A stretch of 63,987 bases of DNA, filler included, from Octopus bimaculoides (lineage: Eukaryota), in assembly GCF_001194135.2 (NCBI RefSeq). It is 5 parts of 5 records of this genome, joined end to end, with 100 filler letters (N's around TTAATTAATTAA, not from the genome) between each part and the next. Parts side by side here need not be neighbours in the genome. Positions count along the whole stretch, not along the records: positions 1 to 25,204 come from NC_068981.1; 4 more parts are not named here. One strand, 5' to 3'. Positions 1 to 13,811 of this stretch are shown piece after piece; the stretch's first letter is position 1, and each line of letters begins with the position of its first letter. Position numbers and translations under genes: made by a program. The notes under the pieces are model-generated. The model ran no database searches and had not been told where the DNA came from. It worked only from the letters and a program-made list of their open reading frames with translations.

Positions 1-292
1 GTTAGCTTGTGAGGTTAAGCAGTTGTGGTCGATGAAAAAGGTGGCACTAGTACCAATAATTATCGGAGGCCTGGGAACAGTGGGTAAAAATCTTGAGAAG
101 TACATGGAAGAAATAGGGGCTGCAATAAGGGTGGAGCACTTGTAGAAAACAGCACTGCTTGGAACCGCTCGAATACTCCGGAAGATGCTATGCTTGAAAA
201 TTAAGAGATGTTACCTTAGTTCACGTATAGTGAACAGCTGACACTGTAGTACATCTCCAGCGTTAGAAGCTGTGCAAAGGCAATGATGACAA
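1..292 (+). mobile_element. 3' end of R4/Dong-like (RLE endonuclease) non-LTR retrotransposon, decayed
   Basis: Frame from base 2 reads LACEVKQLWSMKKVALVPIIIGGLGTVGKNLEKYMEEIGAAIRVEHL*KTALLGTARILRR, the typical RLE C-terminus (VVPVVIGALG...ALLGTARIL). It is followed by a 3'UTR (gatgttaccttagttcac...gaagctgtgcaaag) that recurs at 17753-17825, then a (AAT/GAT)n tail. Confidence 0.8.
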
Positions 293-1078
293 TGATGATA
301 ATAATAATAATAATAATAATGATAATAATAATAATAACAATAATAGCAGTGGTGGTGGTAGCAGCAGCAAGAATAACAATAAGAATGTAATACAAAAATG
401 CTTAGAAACAAGATGATTCAAAAATACATCACAAAAGTTCTCAGAAAATGACAAAGTGCATGCAATCTGGGACATGTCAATTCACACAGACTGGCAGATT
501 AAGGTAAATCATTGAGATAACATTGTCAAATACTAGCAGGAGAAAAAAGAGAGAGAAAAAAAAGTACCTGTCTCCTAATCATTGTATCAACTGCAATTGA
601 TGACAGTATATCAATGAAAGAAATGGAGAAAACTATTCAAATATAGAAACCTAGAGAAAGAGTTAAAAAAGAATGTAAAAACTGAAAACACAAACAATTC
701 TCATAATAATAGCTATCTTGGGGATGATAAAAAATATACGTAAATATATATGCATACATGCGTACAAACATACATACATACATACATACATACATACATA
801 CACACTCACACACCGCACAAACACACATACACACTCACACACCACACAAACACATATTCACTCACACACCACACAAACACACATATACATGCACACATGT
901 ATATATTACAGAAATCAAAAAACTCAGAACATTCAGAATAGAATTTTTTAAAAAGCATGGAAGCAAAATGAATTAAAATGCTGCATATAAGCAAGGCACA
1001 TAAAAGTACACTTTATAGTGCAGTGAAGTGTAATAATGACGTGACTACTGATATGTTAATATGTTATGAATAATGAAT

Positions 1079-1180
1079 GTCTATCTATCTATCTATCTAT
1101 TTATCTACCTATCTATCTACCTGTCTGTCTGTCTGTCTGTCTGCCTGCCTGCCTACCTACCTACCTACCTACCTACCTAC

Positions 1181-1236
<56 letters not shown>

Positions 1237-1332
1237 GTGTACATGTGTGTGTGCATGTGTGTGTGTGTGCACGTGTGTGTGTATGTGTGTGTGTGTGTGT
1301 ACGTGTGCGTGTGTGCGTGTGTGCATGTGTGT
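1079..1332. repeat. Compound microsatellite (TCTA)n/(TCTG)n/(CCTA)n/(TG)n
   Basis: Directly visible tandem 2-4 bp units; accounts for the low-complexity ORFs at 1066-1406. Confidence 0.95.
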
Positions 1333-1809
1333 TTAGACTGAAGCCATGCCAGGACACCATCTTGAGTTCTCAGTTGAATGAATTGATTCCACTACTTTTT
1401 TTTTAAGCCTGGTACTTCTTTTATTGGTCTCTTTTGCTGAACCACTTAGTTTTATATATATATATATATATAAGCCATTTTAGTCATATGCAAGAGCTTT
1501 AACTAATATATTGGAAGTAATGTGAATAGAAGGGTGTAGACAAGAAATCTTAGTGAATTACCAGTAGCGTTCCAAAGCTATTATGCCAAAGACTATATAG
1601 TCAGAATATACCTATCTTACATTCAGGGAGGAGAGAATTTGATACAAATAGAAAACTATTGCAGAATAATGGCAAAGAGAAACTGATTAGTTTGATAAAG
1701 GAACTTGAAGAAAATATTTTTTTCTCTCTATATATAGTATAAACTAGAAACTAATTACACAGAAGGGAAGATTTAAGATAAAGACAAAACAATAGAAAAA
1801 GTAATGATG

Positions 1810-1888
<79 letters not shown>

Positions 1889-2169
1889 CAACAACAACAA
1901 CAATGATAATGACAATGATAATGGTGATGATGATTATAAAAGCAAAAGAAATATTCAAAATGAAACTTCAAAATATACAGAAGAAAGAAGTAAAGATAAA
2001 AATTATTCTGTGGCTATTATCGTGCAAAACTCAAAGAGAGGAAGTAAGCTAGTGTAAAAGTCAATAATGGCTCAAAAGGTCTAGAATAAAAGTAGTCATG
2101 AAATAATACAAAAAAAAAATGAAAATAAAATAAATACACAATCAAACAAGAGGCTAATATCAACAGTAG

Positions 2170-2640
2170 ACTAATTTAATCAAGCACAATGAAACAATTG
2201 ACAGTTTCATTTCTGGTTACCCAGTCCTTGCAAAGACAGAATATATATCCACAGACGTGACTAGGTTGGTAGCTATGTTGACTGAGCAAATATCCTGCCA
2301 ACATGAAAACTGAGAAAAAATTGGTTTTTAAAATGTTTGTTTCAAAACTACTGGCTTGTACTAAACCCAATATACGAATATAACCTGACTTCAATATTCT
2401 GGGATAGGCTTGTTCATACTGATAAGGAGATTGAAGCAAGCCATCCAGATATCACAATTAAAGACAGGAATGAGATCCTAAGTGTTCTAGTGCCTAGATT
2501 CCTTTTTGATTCCTCGGTCACTTCTGACCAAAATATCACATGAAAAGAAATGCAGAAACAATCAATTCACAAAGATCTTGAAATAGGAATAAGTTGAATG
2601 TGTGCTGTGAAAGTAAAGTTATTACCAATAATAATCAAGC
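2170..2640 (+). mobile_element. Decayed R4/Dong-like LINE fragment (RLE domain)
   Basis: ORF 2337-2543 contains IFWDRLVHTDKEIEASHPDITIKDRN, matching the RLE motif (ILWD..IHTD..I.ANRPDI.IKD); multiple stops and frameshifts. Confidence 0.65.
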
Positions 2641-2764
2641 GGAATGAGATGAGTTAGCACTGCTCTTTGGACACTGACAATTTGATACGGCTCACTGGAC
2701 ATTCAGCCTGTTTTTACAACAGTACTTTTTGGTGTTGGAGGCAAACATACACACACACATACAT

Positions 2765-2800
<36 letters not shown>

Positions 2801-4284
2801 ACAAACACACACACACACACATGCACACACACATGCACACATGAAGTAATATACACGTACAAATGGAAAGAATGAAAGAGAGAGAGAGACATACATATAC
2901 ACACACACATTACAGTTTTTTAACTGAACATGTGACATAAACACTTTCCCTTTCCTCACACACATAAAAAGAAAGAGAAAGAGAAGGTGGAGGAACGAGA
3001 GGAACATTAAAATGCCAAGCGTCAAATAAGCAACAAATCAGTGATGCCAAATAAGCAGCTCCAAAACTGCCCAGCCAAAACGTCTCATACCCATGACCAT
3101 GATCATGATCATCTTCATCATCATCATTTAACATCCGTTGTCCATGCTAGAATAGGCTGAGTGGTTTGACTAGAGTTGGCAAGTTGAGGGGATACACCAA
3201 ACTCCAGTCTCATTTGGAATGGATTTTACAGCTTGATGCCCTTCCTACACTCCAAGAGTGTAATGGGTGATTTTACGTGTCACCGACATGGGATCCAGTT
3301 GTGTTACACCAGTATCTACCACGACTATAATTTCACTTAGCTTGATGGGTCCTCTACACAAGCATAGCATATTACCAAAAGTCTTGGTCATTTGACATTG
3401 CCTCCCTGAGGCCCAACACTCGAGAGGTGCTTTTTATGTCCTACTGGCACCAGTTACACAACACCAGCATCAGCCACAACTACAATTTCGCTTGGCTTGA
3501 CAGGTTCTACACAAGGCACATTCAATTCAGTGGCCCATAACTTATACAATGTACTTTCTGTACACCTCACAAAATACATGTTTTTCAACAACTGCCATCT
3601 GATTCTATGAAAAATAAACTCTCACAACACATAGTTTGAGAGACCATCATGCAATCAAATAATACAATCCACACAACATGTACTCTACACAATAGCATAG
3701 CTAGAAAAGGGCAGTCTCGCTCAGATGATACTTGATTTCTCTGACCTATTCCTGGCAATTCTTTACAGGTCTTCATATACAGTTACAAGTTTGATGGCGA
3801 AGAAGGCAGACTTTGGATGTTGTTTCTTAGTTGAGTGAAAGTCTGAAGACGTTGCAAAGGAGAGGTGTCAACTGTCTAGGAGGAATTACACACTTGCTAT
3901 CAGTCTGTTTCTCTTTCCTTCTATTCTTGTGTCTGTGCGTCCCCTAAAGCCCTGGTTGGTTTGTGAAATACCATTATTTTGTCTGTACAGTTTCATTACA
4001 TTAAATGAATGAGAGGTTCTCTCCCTTCCCAACACTGCCAGGGTAATAGTCCTAGTAAACCTTGTACATAAACACAATGATGCTGATGATAATGATGATG
4101 GGTGGCTGAATGGTGTTTCAAATATTCCAAGTTGTAATGTGTCTGCTCTATAAGCCAGTGTAGGCTTGCAAGCTTGTGGGATGGGAGGGGGCAGAGAAGA
4201 TTGGGGTGCAAACTTAAGGGCTACCCTTGGCAGCGCACACCAGCTATACCACTGATTCTACATAACCATCATATGACTATAACA

Positions 4285-4535
4285 CAGTGGTTCTCAACCA
4301 TTTTTTACCAATGGAACACTTTGGTTCCATTCTTATTTTACAAGATCCTCCATAGCCATTCAATGTCAAAATAAAATCCTATTTTATATTTATTATTAAA
4401 TATAAGCAATTGTATAAAAAATTGTTTAAATATTTTGTGCATTGTAGAAGTATAATCAATTTGTAGCTCATAAATTTTAACAATAAAATCATATGTGAAC
4501 CCGAGGGCCATGTGAACTCTGGTTGAGAACCACTG
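4285..4535. mobile_element. hAT (Charlie-like) MITE
   Basis: Perfect 15-bp TIRs CAGTGGTTCTCAACC / GGTTGAGAACCACTG; 8-bp TSD ctataaca (4277-4284) vs ctctaaca (4536-4543), 7/8 identical. Confidence 0.85.
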
Positions 4536-6453
4536 CTCTAACACAACTCATACTCCATATAGTCTACACACACACCCACACCACCACCACCACCACCACC
4601 ACCATCACCACTGCCATCACCACTGCCATCACCACCATCACTGCTACAGCTGCTGCCACTTCTACATCCAACAACAATAACACCATCACCACCAACAATA
4701 ACAACAACAAATTTCTCAACCTGTATTAACATAATTGTTGACTTGCCTGTATGGGTATTTGTTAGTTGTTATTAAGTTTAGCTGCGTGTCATCCCATAAT
4801 ATACCAGCTATGAACATTGTTGAAATAACATTTTATTTTATTGAAGTAAATTATAATATTTACATAATCACATCATAGTTTGCCAGTGGCATAATGTAGT
4901 GTACTAGAACTGAACTCAGTTATAATTAAATTACTAACAAAGAGATTTGCTCTGCATGAGAGGTGGGATGCTTGTCCATCCTAGATGAAGCATTTCTTTT
5001 AACTAATGACTGAACTTCAGCCGAGGGTAACTTGTCAAAGTAAGGATTTGTTGCTGGTGCTTCCAAAGTGCACCATTCTCTCAGAATTGTTTATGCACGT
5101 TGTGCTTATATAACTACAAAAGTGTGAGAATTCCGGGAACACTAAAGAATAGTCTCTAATATGGGGTGATATACTAGCAAGTCGATTGGTCAATAACCAA
5201 GAAATGTCAACTGGCTTATGTGTGGTCTGGGCTTAGTTATTAAAGTTTTGAGGTTTTGATTTTAGGCCTTGCTACATAATATTGACTCACAGAACACATA
5301 TTTTACAGATCAAACAGATAAAACCTTAAAATGATACTAGAAGCAACAAGACAAACCCTACAAAAAGGAAAAGCTGGAGTAACATGCAAATGTCATCCTA
5401 CACTCCCAAGTAACAGTGCAGTACATTCAGTGATACAACAGAGGTTTGAGAAAACTGTTCAAAACCTGATGATATAACTAATAAATATTTCTAATGTTGA
5501 CACAAGACAGCACGTTTGGAGTGACAACAGTGATTAAACTGATGCCAGTACTTGATTGATATTTATTTTATGAACCCTGGAGGAATGGAAGACAAGGTGG
5601 CCTTCAGTAGTATTTGAACTCAGAGTGTTAAAGGGATATAGCTGAATATTGCATTTCTCATTTAGCCTTTATAATTCATTCCAATTATCTACAAAGGTAA
5701 TAACATGTTACGAGGACAATATCACATCTTGTAGTTAACTTTGTAATATGCAACCCTTTCTACCAGAACAAAAGCTTGTGAGTGGGTGTTTCACACAAAA
5801 TATCTGCCCTTTGTTGAGACTCATCTTCAGTATTGAACGCTAGTTAGACAGTGTCACACATAGGCCTTGCTTCTTTCTATATACAGACTGTTAGTCAAAA
5901 CATCTGTCAGAGTTACCTTTATCTGGTCCTTTGACAACACAGAAAAAAAGGTCCCTTTTACCTTTCTTGAAACAAAGATAGGCTAGTTTTCTCCCTGCTC
6001 ACTCCTGAATAAATTCTTCAGGCAAGGAAATAGAGTTCTTATGGATGAAACTTTTCCCCTGTTACATTTCAAACTGTGTTCTGTCCATATTCAATTATGG
6101 AGCAATTTAGATCAAGCTGGTTCCATTTATATATTTCTCACTTGATGATGTTTGTATCTGTTGTGAATATCAATGGTATTGTTGTTGTTGTTGTTGTGAT
6201 GTCTGAATGAGTGCTCAAAGCCACTCAAATTGCTATCTTTTTTTTCTCTGTGTTTATCTGTTAGTCATTTTCTTTCACTTCTTCATTTTTGGCTGATTTT
6301 CTTTTTGCTGAATCTGTATTTTATTTTTTTCACAATTTGCATCTTACAGGTATATTTATTTATGTTATTACAACCAGTATTGTGCTAACTGCCTTTACCT
6401 GCAGTCCCATTATAAAGACTTGTGTTGAATTATGAATAACCAAAATGTTTAGA

Positions 6454-6638
6454 AATATTCTTTTCTACTCTAGGCACAAGGCCCAAAATTTTTGGAGAGG
6501 GAAAGGGGGCAGTCAATTAGATCAACCCTAGTACGCAACTGGTACTTAAATTTATCGACCCCAAAAGGATGAAAGGCAAAGTCGACCTCAGTGGAATTTG
6601 AACTCAGAACCTAAAGACAGACACAGCTCGCTGCCTTA
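6454..6638 (-). mobile_element. tRNA-derived SINE (family A), internally deleted
   Basis: Reverse complement of the repeat taaggcggcgagctg...gagttcaaattcc...ctttcatcctttcgggg...ccttgtgcctagagtagaaaagaatatt that recurs many times in the window; B-box-like GAGTTCAAATTCC. Confidence 0.8.
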
Positions 6639-6939
6639 AAATATTTACAAATATTAGAACAGAAAAATGTCCAACACTAAACAGCATTTTGTTCACTCCA
6701 GCTTGAATGAGACAGACATACAAAGGTTATAAAGCTTTCCTTTGGTAGAATATTTTTTTTTTTTTCTTTTTATGAAATCAAATATGACAATCCTGAAATT
6801 CTTGCAAAGTAAAGTGAACATGTCTGCTCAAGCTAGACACAATAATAACAAGAGCACTCAGAAAGTGCAAACTTCCACTAAGGCAACATCAACGTCCCCT
6901 CAAAGATTATTCAGAGACAATTTTTAAAATGAAAATATC

Positions 6940-7216
6940 TGAAATAAACTTGACTGCTCTCACAAATGAGAATACTCAAAATGAACCCGACCACTCTCAA
7001 AAATTAAGTAAAAAACAGGAAAAATACTCCAGAATCCTTGTATGATACCAGATCAATCCCCAAATCTAATCAGTTCGTGCCAACAATGAGGCTAAACATC
7101 CCTGAAAGTTTCATCTGAATTCATCCAGTGGTTCTTGAGATATCTTGACCATGGACAAATAAAGAAACAAACACAACTGAAAACAATACCTCCGCCTTCG
7201 CTAAGGTGGAGGTAAT
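6940..7216 (+). mobile_element. Probable Helentron-associated non-autonomous element (HINE-like)
   Basis: Ends in the hairpin TACCTCCGCCTT-cgct-AAGGTGGAGGTA (7187-7214), preceded by aaagtttcatctgaattcatccagtggttcttgagatatc and aaacaaacaca, an arrangement I associate with HINE/DINE-like elements. Family assignment is from recall. Confidence 0.45.
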
Positions 7217-8766
7217 AATGATGGTGATGATGATAGTGAAAGTGGTGATGGTAGTAGCAGCAGTTGTATGGTGGGAAATGAGTTGTGACAGTGCACCTTT
7301 GCACCTCTTTGAAGACAAACCTTAAACCCATGAGTCTGTGTAGGTAGTCATCGCAGGTGAGGTTCTTTTTACAAGGTTGGTGTGCAAATCCCACCTCACC
7401 CTCTTTTAGACATCTTTTATGACTTGCAAAGGAAATGTTGGATCTATTCTTTGATATGCTGGTTCTCACAAGACCCAATGGCAGTGATGGTAATGATAAT
7501 TTATGATTTAGACACAAGGCCAGTAGCTTTCAGAGGTGGAAATAAATCGATGCCATTGACCTGATTGATACTTATGTTATTGAGTCCAAAGGGATGAAAG
7601 TCAAAGTTGACCTTAGTGGGGTTTGAACCTGTGTATAAAGACACAAAAGAAATATTGCAAGGTATTTTCTTTGTTGCTCTTACAATTCTGTCAGTCTAAT
7701 AATTAAATTTGTGGGGAAAGGAATCGTGAATATCAATCCAGTACTTGAAGGTGGCAAGCTGCCAGAATTGTTACTATACCAGGTAAAATGCTTAGCAGCA
7801 TTTCAGCCATCTTCAGGTTCTGGGTTCAAATTCTGCCAAGGTCAACTTTGCATTTTATCTTTTTGAGGTCGATAAAATAAGTACTAGTTGATGTAATTGA
7901 CTTAGCCAATCCCCTGAAATTACTGACCATGTGCCAAAATTTGAAGTCAATATCAATTCAGTACTTGGCTGGCATTTTATTTTATTGACCCAAGAAGGAT
8001 AAAATTTAAAGTGGACCCAATGGGATTTGAACTCTGACCATAAAGAGCTATAACAAATATCACAGGGCGTTTTGTCTTCTACTCTAAGAATCCTACCAAT
8101 GAAAATAACAATGAAAATAACAATGAAAGGAATAACATGACAAACAAATCTGTATACGACCTGGATTAATACCAAGAAAGCATGTGATGTAGTTCCATAG
8201 TACAAGATCATTAAAATGCTCAAGATATTCATTATTGCCAGTAACTAGATTTAATAGACCAACCTTGTGAACCAATCTGTATGAAAATTTACAAAGGTAT
8301 TAGAAGTTCTGTCGCAATTACTTGAGGATTATTCAAATGGGGACTCTTTTTCCTTGACTACGTTATTATTAATAAAATTCCATTATTAATGACTTTACAT
8401 GATTCTGTAATTGGATGTACTTTAGACATGAAAACTCAGAGCACAAGTAAATTCTTCAAATTTATTTTAATTCTTTGACATGTAAAGCATAAGCATGGAT
8501 AATTGCCAAACCGATTTGCTATGACAGCATTATAACAGAGGTCAATTCACTAATCACTTCAGCTATTCTTCTATGGTGTTGAAAAAACTGTTTGTTGATG
8601 TACATTTGACACTAGCTGTCTTCATTGGTACCACTTCCAAATTATACTGTGTTTGATGACATAAAAGATGCACAGAAATATTAGATGCATCCCAATTTCA
8701 GCAATGTATATTCAGGGAAAAAATGTTTTAGTACATTAAAGCATGTAATATTTAAAACAAATTTAA

Positions 8767-9465
8767 GATGGTAAGCTGGCAAAAACATTAGAACATAAGG
8801 CGGCAAACTGGCAGAAACGTTAGCACGCTGGGCGAAATGCTTAGTGGTATTTTGTCTGTCTTTACGTTCTGAGTTCAAATTCTGCCGAGGTCGACTTTAC
8901 CTTTCATCCTTTTGGAGTCAATAAATAAGTACCAGTTATGCACTGGGATCAATGTAATCGACTTGATCCCTTTGTCTGTCCTTGTTTGTCCCCTCTATGT
9001 TTGGCCTCTTGTGGGCAATAAAGAAATAAGAAACATTAGAATGCCAGGTGAAATGCTTAATAGTATTTTGTCTGTCTTTATGCTCTGAGTTCAAATTCTG
9101 CCAAGGTTGACTGTGCCTTTCATCCTTTCGAGGTCGCTGTATTAAGTACCAGTTGTGTACTGAGGGTGATCTGATCGACTGCCCCCGCCTCCTCCAACAT
9201 TTTCAGCCTTGTGCCTAGAGTAGAAAAGAATATTTAAAGCAAATTTAAGATGGCAAGCTGGCAGAATCATTAGCACATTGGGTGAAATGCTTGGCAGTAT
9301 TTCATCCATCTGCATGGTCTGAGTTCAAATTCTGCAGAGGTCGACTTTGCCTTTCATCCCTTCAGGGTTGATAAAATAAACATCAGTTGAGTACTGGGGT
9401 TGATGTAACTGCCTTACCCCCTCTTCTAAAATTGCTGGCCTTGTGCTAAATTTTGGAACCAATAT
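8767..9465 (+). mobile_element. Head-to-tail array of family A tRNA-derived SINEs
   Basis: Three near-complete copies start at about 8797, 9035 and 9247, plus a truncated head at 8767; each complete copy has ctgagttcaaattctg and ctttcatcc. Confidence 0.85.
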
Positions 9466-9476
9466 TTAAAGCAATT

Positions 9477-9939
9477 TTAACTCTTTAGTGTTTAAACCGA
9501 CCATATCTGGCCCAAATATCCCAGCTGTTTTATGGTCAAACTGGCCAGATCCGGTTTCTCACATCTGCCCTGCAATGTCATTCTAAAGACAAACAATCAC
9601 TTTAATGAAATCTCAAAGCTACAAGATAATGCATGATTAATCCTTTCTACTACAGGCAAGGCCTCAAATTTGGTGGGGAGAGGCTAGTTGATTATATCAA
9701 CCCCAGTATGCAACTGGTACTTAGGTCATCCTGAAAGGATGAAAGGCAAAGTTGACCTTGGTGGAATTTGAATTCAGAACATAAAGATAGACAAAATGCC
9801 GCTAAGCATTTCACCCGACATGCTAACAGTTCTGCCAGCTTGCTGCCTTATAATGCATGGTTAATTCAAGACAATATGAATACAAAAGCATTACATTTGA
9901 CAGATTAATCTGAATGCTAAAGGAATGCTAAAGGGTTAA
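9477..9939. mobile_element. piggyBac-like MITE interrupted by a family A SINE
   Basis: Ends TTAA-ctctttag ... ctaaaggg-TTAA. A minus-strand SINE (9642-9850) is inserted with a 15-bp TSD, taatgcatgattaat (9627-9641) / taatgcatggttaat (9851-9865). Confidence 0.7.
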
Positions 9940-10164
9940 TGTGGTGAGCTGGTAGAATCATTAGCATGCCAGGCAAAATGCTTAGCAGTATTTCAGCCAT
10001 CTGTGTGTTCTGAGTTCAAATTGTTTAAAGGCTGACTTTGCCTTTCATCATTTCGTGGTCCATAAATAAGTACCAGCAAAACACTGGGGTTGATGTAAAT
10101 GACTTATTTCCTCCCCACAAATTGCTAGCCTTGTGCCAAAATTTGAAATCAATATTTAAATCAT

Positions 10165-10452
10165 ATAGCTGTTGCCAGTATCGCCTGACTGGCCTTCGTG
10201 CCGGTGGCACGTAAAAGCACCCACTACACTCTCTGAGTGGTTGGCGTTAGGAAGGGTATCCAGCTGTAGAAACTCTGCCNNNNNNNNNNCTACACTCTCT
10301 GAGTGGTTGGCGTTAGGAAGGGTATCCAGCTGTAGAAACTCTGCCAAATCAGACTGGAGCCTGGTGTAGCCATCTGGTTTCACCAGTCCTCAGTCAAATC
10401 GTCCAAACCATGCTAGCATGGAAAGCGGACGTTAAATGATGATGATGATAGC
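10165..10452 (+). mobile_element. RTE LINE 3'UTR tail copy
   Basis: Matches the 3' end of the RTE at 40941-44620 (ggcacgtaaaagcacccactacactc...catggaaagcggacgttaaatgatgatgat) with a (GAT)n tail. Confidence 0.85.
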
Positions 10453-11021
10453 ATTCAGAATGGGGTTTTTTAAAGAAAGAGCATTGTATATGCCATCAAT
10501 GTGTTATGTGTTTGCCAGCAACATGTTCTGCCATTGCTTGCTTTCTTCAAACCATCCTCAGAATACCTGACAGGTGGATCACAACAGCTTCCAATATATA
10601 AGCGATGCTTACATTTCAGTTCAACAAATGGCTTGAAGCCTAAGAAAAATAGATCTTCCCATCAGGCTATCTGCCATTGCTTCAGTCCAGTCCAGTCCAG
10701 TCCAGTTGGCTCTAAGATAGTCAACATACCAACGAACTCAAGGACCTTATGGTCATAATGTTTATTCCCACATGCTGGAGTGTCTAGTTGGCACTGAAAT
10801 GGAGCATGTGGTCTTATGCCCTGTGCTAAATACAAAAATGTAATCTCTCATTAAGACTGTCCATAACTGTGCTCAAAGTATAGATATAGAATTCAGCATT
10901 TAGAACTGACTATATGAACAATAAATGAGAGTATACATGTACTTATTATCATCATCACCATCACCACTACCACCACCACCACCACCGCCGCCACCGCCAC
11001 CGCCACCACCACCACCACCAA

Positions 11022-11066
<45 letters not shown>

Positions 11067-12067
11067 TTTCCATGTTGGTAGGTGTTGGACAGTTTGACCA
11101 GAGCTGGCAAGCCAGAAGAGTGGCACCAAGATTCACTGTCTGTTTTGGTATGGTTTTTATGGCTGGATGCACTTCCTAGCACCAACAACCTTGCATAGTG
11201 GACAAGAAATAAAAAAATGTGTTTGTTTTTTTTATAGACATAAAAATATGTTTTGGGGAAATAAAATGAGTTAAATTGTCAAGGAAGGGTAACTTGAAAT
11301 TATAGAATTACAATATATTGGAAATATATATTTGCAGAAAAGTTAAAACTTGTTTAAAAACAAAATTTAATAACTTATTCTGACTTGATTATTTTATATT
11401 GCAGTGTGTAAATAAGAGTATCATTGGTTACAGGTTTCTGGCTTGCTAACCACTGGTTCATAATATTTTTAATAGTCTGAGTAAAAGCAGTTTAGTTAAC
11501 TCACTGCAGAACAAATACTCCAAAATGTTTTGTTTGAAAGACGGTACATGTTTGGTTTCCTCAACTTTGTTTACATACTTTTCTGATACATCAGTGAAAT
11601 AGATACGTGTGTGCGCGTGCACATACACACACACACACACACACATGCGTACACATGCACATGCATGCACACACTGACACACAAGCACACAGAGACACAC
11701 ATGCACACACACATGTGCACACACACATGTGCACACACAGAGATACACGTGAACACACACACACATGCACAACACACACATGTGCACATACACAGATACA
11801 CTTACATATGCACACATGAACACACACACACATGCACAACACACACATGCACNNNNNNNNNNNNNNNNNNNNNNNNNNNNNNNNNNNNNNNNNNNNNNNN
11901 NNNNNNNNNNNNNNNNNNNNNNNNNNNNNNNNNNNNNNNNNNNNNNNNNNNNNNNNNNNNNNNNNNNNNNNNNNNNNNNNNNNNNNNNNNNNNNNNNNNN
12001 NNNNNNNNNNNNNNNNNNNNAAAAAAAAACACACACACACACATGTGCACACACAGACAATCATTAT

Positions 12068-12320
12068 GACAGGGTCCTGCACATATGCCATTAACAAAGT
12101 CAACCAAAGCAGAACTAAGCATACTAACAACTTTATTGATTGCTGGGAATTTGCAGTCATGCAATGCAGGGCAGCAGCTGTTATTAATTGGACAAATGCC
12201 AGTCTCGATATGTTTGATAAGTCTACAAGTAGTATAATAGTAAAATATGGTAGCCTCAACCCACAATTCAATGTGATATGTCTTTATAAGGCCAGACATA
12301 CTTGGAGATGGGTGTTAGAC
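12068..12320 (+). mobile_element. Decayed R4/Dong-like LINE fragment (post-RT region)
   Basis: Reads AVMQCRAAAVINWTNASLDMFDKSTSSIIVKYGSLNPQFNVICLYKARHTWRW, resembling R4-clade AVIRYSAGIINWT..ELD..DRKTRK.MT.HG.LHP...V.RLY..RKEGGRG. Confidence 0.55.
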
Positions 12321-13279
12321 ATAATCATCACCATCATCATCATCATCATCTAACATCCATCTTCTCCCTCCCTCCCTCTTTGGCCAGGTAACCTTATACC
12401 TCCTCTAAAGCATGATACCTATTCCTGTCTCTCTGTGTCTCTGCCACACTTTAACCATTCATCATCTGACACAAAATCAACTCCTCCGATGCTCCCTTCC
12501 GTCTCAAAGGATCTTTGTCTCTCAAAGGATCTTTGTCTCTCAAAGGATCTTTGTCTTGCAAGTTACTTGGTGACCCTGCCATGTAAAAAGCATCCAGTCC
12601 ACACTGTAAAGTGGTTGACATCTGGAAGAGCATCCAGCTGTAAAAACCATACCAAAACGTAGCTTGCCTGTGCTCATGCCACATAAAATGCACTCAGTCC
12701 ACTCTGCTGGGTGGTTGGTGTTAGGAAGGGCATCCAGCTATAAAAACTTCGCCAAAACAGACAGAAGTCTGGTGCAGTCTTCTGCCTGGCCAGCTCCTGT
12801 CAAATCGTCCAACCCATGCCAGCGTGGAAGATGGACGTTAAACGATGATGATAATGATGAGGATTCCATGCTGGCATAAGTTGATGATATGCTGATATCC
12901 AATGGACCTAAGAACTGTATCATGCTCCCAAGTCTGCTTTGCTCTAACATGGTTTCTATGTCTGAATGCCCTTTCTAATGACAAACTCTTCACAGCGTCT
13001 GCTACATGCTTTATATATGCTACCAGTACTAGCAGTTTGCGAGACCTTGAATCCTGATGGGGCAGCTTTCTGCTGGGAGATGCAGGGTAAAAGTATAAGA
13101 GAAAAAGCCAGGGCAGAATAGGTTTCTTGTTGTAGAGGAGCTGCATGGCTATTAGCATTTCTAAAAAGAAGCTAGAAGTGATCAAATCAAGTTGGAAAGA
13201 GATAAAAATAATGATGATAAGGCAGTATCTAATAAATGGTTATTGGGTCCTAAATTGATATTTTATAAAGGGTGAAGAA

Positions 13280-13712
13280 ATATTCTTTTCTACTCTAGGC
13301 ACAAGGCCTGAAATTTTGGGGGAGGAGCTTAGTCGATTAGATCGACCCCAGTACATAACTGGTACTTAATTCATCGACCCCCAAAAGGATGGAAGGCAAA
13401 GTCAACCTCAGTGGAATTTGAACTCAGAAAGTAAAAACAGCTGAAATATTGCTAAGCATTTTGCCCGGTGTGCTAACGTTTCTGCCAGCTTGCCACCTTT
13501 AAATATTCTTTTCTACTCTCGGCACAAGGCCCAAAATTTTTAGGGAGGGGGTCAGGCGATCCACTATGTAACCAGTATTTAATTTATCGACCCTAAAAGG
13601 ATGAAAGGCAAAATTGACCTCAGCAGAATTTGAATTCAGAATGTAAAGACAGACGAAATACCACTAAGCATTTCATCCGGCATGCTAGCTTTTCTGCCAG
13701 TCCACCGCCTTA
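13280..13712 (-). mobile_element. Two tandem family A SINEs
   Basis: Two successive copies, each starting aaatattcttttctactct and ending ctgccagc...gcctt. Confidence 0.85.
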
Positions 13713-13811
13713 CAGTGAAGAAATATTACTTGAGCACAGAGCATCTGCTGCTGTTTTAAATAAGAATAATACTTTAAAAATTCTTTTTTAAATTGAACAA
13801 GATAATAAGCA

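Noticed and set aside
3802-3850. EGRLWMLFLS*VKV* faintly resembling CRYL1 IGRSWAMLFAS..VKL
   Set aside because: In-frame stops, no matching splice sites and no GxGxxG; probably chance in decayed LINE sequence.
8797-8890. tRNA gene calls from A/B-box-like motifs (also 33371-33435 and 58304-58330)
   Set aside because: No complete cloverleaf; they are heads of multicopy SINE-like repeats.
10224-10345. Exact 56-bp direct repeat flanking a 10-N gap
   Set aside because: The signature of unmerged overlapping contig ends.
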